Assembly (NCBI GenBank): GCA_038868995.1 | Contig: JAWCRZ010000005.1 | Coordinates: forward strand, 4,632 to 68,631 | Source: Candidatus Woesearchaeota archaeon | GTDB lineage: Archaea; Nanobdellota; Nanobdellia; Woesearchaeales; ARS49 | Length of the DNA stretch: 64,000 bases | Reading direction: 5' to 3' | Shown: positions 18,186-27,100 of the stretch, piece by piece | How positions within the stretch are numbered: position 1 is the first letter of the stretch | Layout: each line of letters begins with the position of its first letter | Program-made: the position numbers and the translations under genes | Notes under the pieces: model-generated | The model's database searches: none | Told to the model about the DNA's origin: nothing | The model's input: only the letters and a program-made list of their open reading frames with translations

Positions 18186-18938
18186 ATGAATATGACTGCT
18201 ACAATAATACACGCAGACGATGACGCGGTAATATGCAATCTTGTCAAGCGGCAAATAGAAATTTTGCAGAAAGAAATTGAGCAGCCAATAGAAGCTCTGA
18301 GCGCCCAAGACGGAATTGAGGCAATTGCGTTATATAATGCCGCTCGTGAACAGGGCAGAAATATTGCGCTTGTCATCACGGATTACAACATGCCACGTGC
18401 AAACGGAGCAGATGTTGCAAAGGCAATACAAGCCAGCAGCAGCGTTCCTGTTATTTTCCACTGCTCTGAAGCAGACAAATACGCAAAAGATTTCAACGCC
18501 GAATATGCCGTGAAAGGATGTTCTGATTTGACAGGATTACTGCGCAAATACCTGTCACCAAAGCCACGGCTGCTTTTGGTGGAAGACAACAATGACGTCA
18601 GAGATGCCCTTGCAGACGGCTTTGATGCATATGGCTACACTGTTATTCAGGCAGAGAATGCCGAAAATGCAGTTCCCAACATCCACACCGTGCACGCGAT
18701 ACTCAGCGATGTAAATCAGGCAGGCAGTATGGGCGGTTATGGACTGCTGAAAAAGGCACGCGAAAGATATTCAGTTGAGAAACTTCCATTCTTTCTTATG
18801 AGCGCTGGAATTATAGACATAAAAAAATGCATCCAATTTGACGCTTTTCCAGTTCATAAAGAAAAAGGATTTACAGAAATTGAAGCGCTCATCAGGAATG
18901 TCCTTCCACAACATTTAAAACCCGCAAAACAGCAGTAA
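18186..18938 (+). CDS. tandem receiver (REC-REC) domain protein without an output domain
   Basis: The first half has HADDD ... VITDYNMP. The second half has LLVEDNND ... ILSDVNQAG ... FFLMSAG. Confidence 0.65.
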   Translation: MNMTATIIHADDDAVICNLVKRQIEILQKEIEQPIEALSAQDGIEAIALYNAAREQGRNIALVITDYNMPRANGADVAKAIQASSSVPVIFHCSEADKYAKDFNAEYAVKGCSDLTGLLRKYLSPKPRLLLVEDNNDVRDALADGFDAYGYTVIQAENAENAVPNIHTVHAILSDVNQAGSMGGYGLLKKARERYSVEKLPFFLMSAGIIDIKKCIQFDAFPVHKEKGFTEIEALIRNVLPQHLKPAKQQ

Positions 18939-18943
18939 TTCTG

Positions 18944-21346
18944 GTGAAAACAAGCTTTTATCCAACGGATATCACGTATACAGTCAAGAACGGCAAGGCA
19001 ATCATACAGTTATACGGCCGGACAGCTGAAGGCAGGCAGATATGCGTTCTTGACGACACATTTGAGCCGTATTTTTATGCTGTCGGCAAGGTTGACGAAT
19101 CGGCACTTGCGGCATTAAAGAAGGATGATTATTCTGTTGTCCGTGTTGAAAAAACAAGAAAAAACTTGAATGAGCAGCCGGTTGAAGCATACAAAGTGTT
19201 TGTCAACATCCCAAAAGCAGTGCCTGTGCTCAAAGACCTGGCAAAAGAACTTGGAACTGATGTTTACGAGTATGACATCCTTTACACGCGCAGGTATCTA
19301 ATAGACAAAGGCATCATTCCTCTGACTTTGACAACTGTTGAAGGAAGCGAAGTGCCATGGAAATCAAGAGTGCCGTGCATCAAGGCAGAAAGCATATGCG
19401 CTGCAGGAGAAGAAGCGCTAAATCCGAAAATTCTTGCAGTCGACATAGAAACATACAATCCCGACAACAAGGTAAACGCGAAAAAAAACCCAATACTGAT
19501 GATTGGGCTTTATGGAAAGGATTTCTCACGCATAATAACTTGGAAGAAATTCCCGACTGATGAAAAGTATATCGAGTTCGTGCCAACAGAAGCAGACATG
19601 CTTCAGCGATTTGTCGAACTGGTTAATGATTACGGTCCGGACATGATAGTCGGGTATTTCACAGACGGATTTGACTTCCCTTACATGGACGACAGGGCAA
19701 AAATAAACAAAGTAAAACTGGACATAGGGCTCGACTACAGCACACTTGAGATTACAGGAAAACAGCAAGCAGAGGCGAAAATCACGGGACTGGCGCACGT
19801 TGACATTTTCAAGTTCATCAAAAAAGTCATCGGAAGAACGCTCAAAACGGACAGCTACTCGCTTGATTCAGTAGCAGGAGAACTGCTTGGAGAAAGAAAA
19901 CACAAAGTAGACATGGAAAAATTCTTCAAGGCATGGGACAAAGGCGGAAAAGAACTTGAAGAATACTGCAAGTACAACCTGCAGGACTGCGTTATCACGC
20001 ACAAATTGGCTGAAAAAATAATGCCAAACCTGGTGGAATTTGTACGGATAATACGCCTGCCACCATACGACATAAACAGAATGACATTTTCAACATTTGT
20101 GGAATGGTACCTGATGAGCCAGGCAAGCGCGCACAACGAAATACTTCTAAACAGACCGAACAAAAAAGACGAATTGGCGCGAATGGGCGACAGGATAAAA
20201 GGTGCATTCGTGTACGAGCCAAAACCCGGCTTTTACCAGAACATTGCGGTATTTGACTTCAGAAGCTTGTACCCAAGCATCATCGCCAGCCATAACATGA
20301 GCAAAGGAACACTGAACTGCAACTGCTGCAAAAACGCTCCAAAAGTGGAAACAGAGAGGGGCACATTCTGGTTCTGCCGGAGAAAAAAAGGATTGTTCAG
20401 CACAGTCATATCCGACTTGATTGTAAGAAGAGGAGAGTTGAAAAAACAGATTAAAACAAACAAAGACCCATTGCTGGCAGCAAGAAGCGAAGCCCTCAAA
20501 GTACTTGCAAACAGCTTCTACGGCTACATGGGCTTTGCACCCGCAAGATATTACAGCATAGAATGCGCAGAAAGCACGACTGCCTGGGCACGCCACTACA
20601 TACAAAAAGCAATAGAGACAGCACAGCAGGCAGGATTCACAGTGCTTTATTCAGACACCGACAGCTTATTCCTGCTGCTTGACAAAAAAACAAAAGAAAA
20701 CGCGCTTGCCTTAATGGAGAAAATAAATAAAGACCTCCCAGGGCTGATGGAGCTTGATTACGAGGGATACTATCCTGCAGGCATATTTGTCTCCCTGAAA
20801 GCAGGAGAGTCAGGCGCGAAAAAGAAATACGCCCTCATAGACGAAAAGGCAAACATGAAAATCAGGGGCTTTGAAGCGGTCAGGAGAAACTGGAGCTTCA
20901 TAGCAAAAGACGTGCAGCGCAATGTCCTTGAAATCGTTTTGAAAGAACATAATGCAAAAAAGGCAAAAGAGTACGTCAGGAAAATAGTTGAAGACCTGCG
21001 CAAAAACGCAATCCCCCTTGAAAAAGTGGTAATTCATACCGCCCTGTCAAAAGGCACAGGGGCATATGCGGCCGTAGGGCCACACGTCGCGGCAGCACAA
21101 AGAATGGAATCAAAAGGACTGCATGTAGGGGCGGGTACAGTCATCCATTATGTTGTCACAAAAGGCAAAGGCAAAATACGCGACAAGGTGAAACTGCCTG
21201 AAGAAACAACGCAGGATGAATATGACGGCGAGTATTACATACAAAACCAAGTCCTGCCAGGCGTTGAAAGAATCTTTGCAGTACTGGACATAAGCGTGGA
21301 TGACCTTGTGAGCACCACCAAGCAGAGCTCACTGGCCGGCTTCTAA
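18944..21346 (+). CDS. polB: family B DNA polymerase
   Basis: Exo motifs DIETYN and YNLQD. Pol motifs SLYPSII, KVLANSFYGY and YSDTDS. GTG start. Confidence 0.9.
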   Translation: MKTSFYPTDITYTVKNGKAIIQLYGRTAEGRQICVLDDTFEPYFYAVGKVDESALAALKKDDYSVVRVEKTRKNLNEQPVEAYKVFVNIPKAVPVLKDLAKELGTDVYEYDILYTRRYLIDKGIIPLTLTTVEGSEVPWKSRVPCIKAESICAAGEEALNPKILAVDIETYNPDNKVNAKKNPILMIGLYGKDFSRIITWKKFPTDEKYIEFVPTEADMLQRFVELVNDYGPDMIVGYFTDGFDFPYMDDRAKINKVKLDIGLDYSTLEITGKQQAEAKITGLAHVDIFKFIKKVIGRTLKTDSYSLDSVAGELLGERKHKVDMEKFFKAWDKGGKELEEYCKYNLQDCVITHKLAEKIMPNLVEFVRIIRLPPYDINRMTFSTFVEWYLMSQASAHNEILLNRPNKKDELARMGDRIKGAFVYEPKPGFYQNIAVFDFRSLYPSIIASHNMSKGTLNCNCCKNAPKVETERGTFWFCRRKKGLFSTVISDLIVRRGELKKQIKTNKDPLLAARSEALKVLANSFYGYMGFAPARYYSIECAESTTAWARHYIQKAIETAQQAGFTVLYSDTDSLFLLLDKKTKENALALMEKINKDLPGLMELDYEGYYPAGIFVSLKAGESGAKKKYALIDEKANMKIRGFEAVRRNWSFIAKDVQRNVLEIVLKEHNAKKAKEYVRKIVEDLRKNAIPLEKVVIHTALSKGTGAYAAVGPHVAAAQRMESKGLHVGAGTVIHYVVTKGKGKIRDKVKLPEETTQDEYDGEYYIQNQVLPGVERIFAVLDISVDDLVSTTKQSSLAGF

Positions 21347-21442
21347 TTTTATATAAAATTCAAGGATTAAATATAAAACACTGAGTATTATTTAATTTTC
21401 AACTAAATCTGAAAAAGAGGGCAGTACTGGAGGGAGTAAACA

Positions 21443-21589
21443 ATGGAGCCAATAAAATATTTTGACGCAGTAGACCTTGTAGAGCCGCATTGCAAAGGAT
21501 GCCAGCACATTATACATTATGACCGCGATACTACATTTGACAACAAGAAACAAGTTTTGACGTGCAGGTACTGCGGCTCGGCCCTATAA
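21443..21589 (+). CDS. 48-aa zinc-ribbon protein
   Basis: MEPIKYF...CKGC...CRYCGSAL with GGAGGG 8-9 nt upstream of the ATG. Too short for the ORF track. Confidence 0.5.
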   Translation: MEPIKYFDAVDLVEPHCKGCQHIIHYDRDTTFDNKKQVLTCRYCGSAL

Positions 21590-21602
21590 ATTGCTTCTAT
21601 GG

Positions 21603-21740
21603 GGTTAAGCCAAGTTTCTGGTGCCGGCTGTGGCCATGTCTTCTGGACTCATTTTCCCTCCTCCTCGCAGACTGGAAGAGAAAAAATGACCTCAGCGAAG
21701 TCAAGGCAGAGCTGCCCGCACCATTAAGTTGACTGGACCC
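21603..21740 (+). mobile_element. MITE-like element copy 4 (subfamily A, most diverged)
   Basis: 138 bp, GGTTAAGCCAAG...GTTGACTGGACCC, flanked by TTCTATGG / TTCTATAG. The internal hairpins are partly decayed. Confidence 0.8.
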
Positions 21741-21753
21741 TTCTATAGAAAGC

Positions 21754-21763
21754 TTTAAAAATA
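21754..21763 (+). promoter_or_regulatory. TATA box (TTTAAAAATA) for rpl15e
   Basis: Lies 13 nt after the MITE end and 22 nt before ATG 21785. Confidence 0.55.
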
Positions 21764-21784
21764 CCCCACTATAACCGCAAAACA

Positions 21785-22348
21785 ATGGGCATTTACAAAT
21801 ATCTTGTGCAAAACTGGCGCAAAGAAGGCATGCCGGCAGACCTGAAAAGGGAACGCTTGATAGCGTGGCGCAGGGAGCCGGTAACCAAAAGAATAGAAAG
21901 GCCCACGCGGCTTGACCGCGCCAAAGCACTTGGCTACAGAGCAAAGCAAGGCGTCTTCCTGGTAAGACAGCGCGTTTCAAAAGGAGGCCACAAGCGCCCT
22001 GACTGGAGCGGAGGCAGGCATTCACACAACATGGGAACACGCCTGAACCTGAGAAAAAACTACAAGTTAATAGCAGAAGAGCGTGCAAGCGTCGCATACC
22101 CGAATTGTGAAGTTCTAAACTCGTACTACGTTACTGAAGACGGCAAGCACTATTGGTTTGAGGTAATACTCGCCGACAGCGCGCACCCTGGAATTGCTGC
22201 TGACGAAAGATTTGCAGCAGCAAAAAGGCAGGCCAGAGTCCACCGCGGATTGACAAGCGCGGGCAGGAAAACAAGAGGCATGCGCCACAAAGGAATGGGT
22301 GCGGAAAAAGCACGGCCATCACGCAGAGCGCACTTCAGACGATTGTAA
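21785..22348 (+). CDS. rpl15e: 50S ribosomal protein L15e (eL15)
   Basis: MGIYKYLVQNWRKE... is a typical eL15 N-terminus; the protein is basic throughout. Confidence 0.9.
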   Translation: MGIYKYLVQNWRKEGMPADLKRERLIAWRREPVTKRIERPTRLDRAKALGYRAKQGVFLVRQRVSKGGHKRPDWSGGRHSHNMGTRLNLRKNYKLIAEERASVAYPNCEVLNSYYVTEDGKHYWFEVILADSAHPGIAADERFAAAKRQARVHRGLTSAGRKTRGMRHKGMGAEKARPSRRAHFRRL

Positions 22349-22371
22349 AACCGGCACAGAGGTGGTTAACC

Positions 22372-22560
22372 TTGCCTAAAAAGAAGGAAGAAAAACACGA
22401 AGAATTTGACAAAGAAGACGAAAGCAACGACAACTATGCTGAAGATGAAGACGAAGATTTGGCAGTCAAGGACGATGACGTTGAATACGAGGAAGATTTG
22501 GAGGTTTCCGACGATAACGAGGAAACCGAGGAATCTGCTGAGGACTGGAGCGACGAATAA
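22372..22560 (+). CDS. extremely acidic 62-aa protein
   Basis: TTG start 8 nt after GAGGTGG. The sequence is dominated by D/E. T-rich tract after the stop. Confidence 0.5.
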   Translation: MPKKKEEKHEEFDKEDESNDNYAEDEDEDLAVKDDDVEYEEDLEVSDDNEETEESAEDWSDE

Positions 22561-22721
22561 CTTTTCACTTTTTTCTTAATGGCCATTATAAATTGCCTGT
22601 TTATATAGCTTCTAATATATAGTATTTGCCACTTATTTATGTTGTCACTTGTTAGTGCTAAAGAAACGAAACCTTTATATACCGGATGATATTTTACTCC
22701 TATCTGGGGGTATCAAAAACA

Positions 22722-24152
22722 ATGGTTAAAGATACAAAGCAATCACTTGAATCAGCAATGTCAAATTTCTTAAGAAAAGTAGCAGCGCCAGTTGCGATGG
22801 CAGCAGGCCTTGCCGGATGCTTCAACGCAAGCGGCTATTACGAGGCAACTCCAGAAGCACGTGCACGTGTAAGACGCGTGGTTGAGCAGCAGGATTACAA
22901 GGCAACACTTGAAGACGTTGCAAAAAACCATTTCTCAAGAGAAGCAATTGAAACCCCAATCTGCGCAGAGTACGTGCTTCCGGCAGTGCTTGATGCGGCA
23001 GTTGACACGGCTGCAAAAAACGGCATTTTTGCCGCAACAGGACCAGAAGTTGCAACCTACAACTCAATCAAGGAACAAAACAAGATTCTAAACGAATTGG
23101 TGAAAAGCGCAGGAGTAAGGCGCACAATAGTAACAGACCTCCAAAAAAACGTCCAATACGATGCAGTGGCATTTGAACAACCATCAAAATCAGAAATAAT
23201 GCAGATTGAATACAACCTTAGGCGGCTGAGAACTGAAGTTGAAAAGGCCCCGCACGAAGGCAGAAAAGCACTCGCGGAAAAGCTTGCATCCAACAAAGAT
23301 ATGCAAGCAATGCTCAAGTGGAATGCTGACGCGCTTGCTGCAATTGCACAGCTCGCAATCGCGCGCGCTGACATAAACCACCACGAATTTTACTTTAATA
23401 CGATTGCTGAAAACCAGCTGCTTGCAGGCGCAATCCACAAGAGTTTGACAGGAATTGACATTTACACGGCAGGGGAAAATGTTTGGCAGAAAAAAATCGC
23501 AAATGAGAACGTCAAGGACATCATAGACCCGGAAAGCCCGGTTGGCAGAGAATATTCAAACTTTGGCAACAAAAAGGTTTCTGAATTATACACTGCCATC
23601 AAAGATAAAATACGGGAAGAGGCAGCTGACTTTGGCAGGCATTCAAAGCACACAATAGGACAATTCCACTACTTCCACGCCAAAAGCATACTTGACCAAG
23701 CACACGCATTGAACGTATTAACCGATGAAGAACTCGCGGCAGCAGAAAAATACCTGACACGGGACATAGCAAGCATAATCAACGGCAACCTGCCGGATGA
23801 ACCAAGCGTAAGCGTATTGGAACACCTTGCCTCACTGCTTCCTGTCTGGCAATTCTATGTTGCTTACAGAAGCGCCGGTCCGGCGTTATCAAAAGACACT
23901 GCACACTACCTTGCTGCAGCGAAAATTCTGGAAGACGGAGCAGTGCAGCGCTATGGCGCAGGCACCGGCTACAACAGAAAAGGCAGCACCTCTGCTGACA
24001 TCGTGGACCTTGTTTTATCAACCGGCTCAATCGCCGTAGAAGCAGGCACGACCTACTTGCTGCTCAACAAAAAGAGCAAGGACAGCGGTTCAAGCTCAGC
24101 CACACAATCTTTCGGTGACGACAGCATCTCACCGGGAATAGGACCAAGATGA
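22722..24152 (+). CDS. hypothetical lipoprotein
   Basis: Lipobox AAGLAGC. The start is moved to MVKDTKQ because a TATA-like TTTATATA (22675-22682) sits only 4 nt before the longer ORF's ATG. ATGA overlap with the next gene. Confidence 0.55.
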   Translation: MVKDTKQSLESAMSNFLRKVAAPVAMAAGLAGCFNASGYYEATPEARARVRRVVEQQDYKATLEDVAKNHFSREAIETPICAEYVLPAVLDAAVDTAAKNGIFAATGPEVATYNSIKEQNKILNELVKSAGVRRTIVTDLQKNVQYDAVAFEQPSKSEIMQIEYNLRRLRTEVEKAPHEGRKALAEKLASNKDMQAMLKWNADALAAIAQLAIARADINHHEFYFNTIAENQLLAGAIHKSLTGIDIYTAGENVWQKKIANENVKDIIDPESPVGREYSNFGNKKVSELYTAIKDKIREEAADFGRHSKHTIGQFHYFHAKSILDQAHALNVLTDEELAAAEKYLTRDIASIINGNLPDEPSVSVLEHLASLLPVWQFYVAYRSAGPALSKDTAHYLAAAKILEDGAVQRYGAGTGYNRKGSTSADIVDLVLSTGSIAVEAGTTYLLLNKKSKDSGSSSATQSFGDDSISPGIGPR

Positions 24153-27100
24153 AAAAATTACTTTTGGCATTACTGGCATTGCTGATTGTTCCTGCAGTTC
24201 ACGCAGCAGTTGACGTTACTTATGTTTTCAACCAGAACAATGTAGAAGTCAGCATGTACAACTGCCTTGACGCAAGCTGTTCACAGGTAGCGCCATTCTC
24301 CGGCAGCATAATCAAGGGTCCATCAGCAACAGATGGCAAAATAACAATCAGATATCCTGATTCACTTGCAACACCATTCGGCTATGCCGGATTTTTTGTC
24401 AGCAAGGGCTACAGACCACTTGAATTAAGGTCAACAAGACACACTGGAGGAGCAGGAGGCCTTGCGCCACCTATAACTGTAAATGCTGAATTCACCAAAT
24501 ACCCAATCGTCTGCCGCGCAGTTGTCTCAGAACTGAACTTTGTAAATGAACTCGCACCAAACATGCCTCTTGTTGTCAATACGACAGCAAAGCTTGATGC
24601 CTCAACAGCATCAGCATTCCAGCTGACAGACAATGACGTCAATTTCATACCTCCGCAATACAAACAGGAGTATTACGGCGCAGACACCATCGTCAAGATG
24701 GAAGTCCTGCAGTCCGGAAGCGTGGTACACTCACAGCAGAAGGAATTCAGCGCGGTGAAAGGCAACGCATTGATTGCAGACAGCGCAGTGCCTGTACAGT
24801 TTACATACCTTCCAAGCTCAACAGGCGACTTTACAGTCAAGGTAACAGCACAAGTCGTGGATGACCAGTGCGCATCAACAGAAGACCAAAGCGCGAACGG
24901 CGCCTTTTCAGTCCTCGCAAGCACACCTTCAAGCCAGTTCTATACTATACTCAATGGACTGACAGTAAACAACACGCACCCGCGCGCTGGACAGCCGGTA
25001 ATGGTCAGCTACAACAAGATAACCAACCACGCAGACGGAGTACTTGGACCATTGACACCAGTCCAGACAGACGTTGTCTACACCGTAAAGAACGGCGCAA
25101 CAACCGTATTTACTTCAAGCCAGACGCTGTTTGCAAACCCTGACGCTGTCTCACCAGTAACATACTCATTCGTATTCACGCCAACATCAGCAGGCGTACA
25201 CACAATTACGGTATTTGGCAAGGCAAACTCAGCACTGCCAACAAGCAAACCAGAAATCACAGACACTGAAAGCTTCCAATTGAACGTTCTCGGCTCAATG
25301 AACTATAAAGTGGTGTTCCAGGTAAGCGACGCATCAACAGGAAACCCGATAAGCAATGCAACAGTCACGCTTCCAGGCATCGGCACACTGAACACAACCA
25401 TAAACGGCACGGCAACATTCCCCTCTGTACCAGAAGGCAACTATGTTTACACCGTATCAGCATCAAACTTCAGCTCAAAAAACGGTGACATTAAAGTCAA
25501 ATCAGACGTTGTCAAAGCAGTGCTTTTGCACCCTGGTGAGAATGAATCAGCTGCAAACACTCCACCATACATGAACCTGCCAAGCACATTCCAACTGCAG
25601 CAAAACGTTCCAAGAAGCTTCAACTTCTTCCCATACGTCCAGGACGACCAGGACAGAGACGCGCTGCTCAAACTGGGAGTGGTCGGCGGAAACACAAGCA
25701 TTGCGGTGGACATAAACCCGGACGGAACTGTAACATTCATACCAGCAACCGGCTTCACAGGAAGCAACACAATCACATTCATGCTTAATGACACCCAAAA
25801 CGCAACAGCAGTGGACTCAATGGTTGTGACTGTAGTTGCAGGCGCGTCAAGCGCACCTGTATTCTCAGCAATACCAGCAGTTAACACCACAGAAGACACT
25901 TCAGCAGTCCGCGTATTGAACCTGAGAGATTATGTGACAGATGCAGACACTTCATTGCAGAACCTCGTGTTCAGCGTGATATCGGTATCACCAAGCACGC
26001 TTGCAACAGCAAGAATTGACGACAGACAGTTTTTGACAGTTATTCCAAAGCCCGACGCAAACGGCAACGGAACAATTGCAGTAACAGTTTCAGACGGCAC
26101 AAACACTGCAAACACAACAATCACATTGATTGTTGCGCCAGTGAACGACGCACCAGTTGTCATCTCAATACCGAAGATACCAAACATCAACGAGAGCACA
26201 AACTACACGCTTGACCTTTCATTGGTATTCAGAGACCCAGACGGCGACCCATTGACGTACAACATCACGCCAACACAAAACATCACATTCATCCTCAACC
26301 TGTCAGGACCAGACGTGACCATAGTGCCGGACTTCAACGTCAACGGCACCAGAGCGTTCAACATCACCGCAATCGACCCGTACGGCCTGACAGCAAAAGC
26401 GGCATTCACACTGTTCCTGAACTTTGTAGATGACAAGCCATTCTTCAACGCAGTCATACCAAACATACTGACATTTGAAGAAACACCGAACAGCATTGAC
26501 CTCACCCCGTTTGAAAACGACCCGGAGGAAGGACCGGGCGCAAACGGCAACTCTCTCATCTGGAAGATGCAGCTCGCAAACCAAAGCAACCTCACACCGG
26601 TTACCAGCTTGGACACATCATTGTTCACGGCAACAATCAACACAAGCACAGACTTCCTGCTCATAGTTCCAAAAGCAAACCAGAGCGGAATAGACATGAT
26701 AACTCTTTACTTGTTCGACAGCACAGGCAAAAATATCTCGCAGAACGTCACTGTAACTGTTGTGAACGTCAACGATGCGCCTGCATTTGTCAACTTGTCA
26801 AGCAAGTCAGCAGAAGCAGGACTGCCATTCATATTTGACATCAACGCAACAGACTCAGATCCGACAAACGACACTGTTACATTCGGCTTGATTAACGTCA
26901 CGCCTCCATTGAGCGGACTGGCAATCGACAACACAACCGGCCTGATTAACTTTACACCATCAGTAAACGGTGTCTTTGCAGTCAACTTGCAGACGTGCGA
27001 CAACCTTGGCGCGTGCAGCAACGGCAGCTTTACCTTGACAATAAGCGACACAACCGCCCCAACACCGGGAGGCCAGTTGATGCCTCCAAACCCAAGCATA

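Noticed and set aside
21597-22097. 166-aa minus-strand ORF.
   Set aside because: It is antisense to rpl15e and extends through MITE copy 4. It is a shadow ORF.
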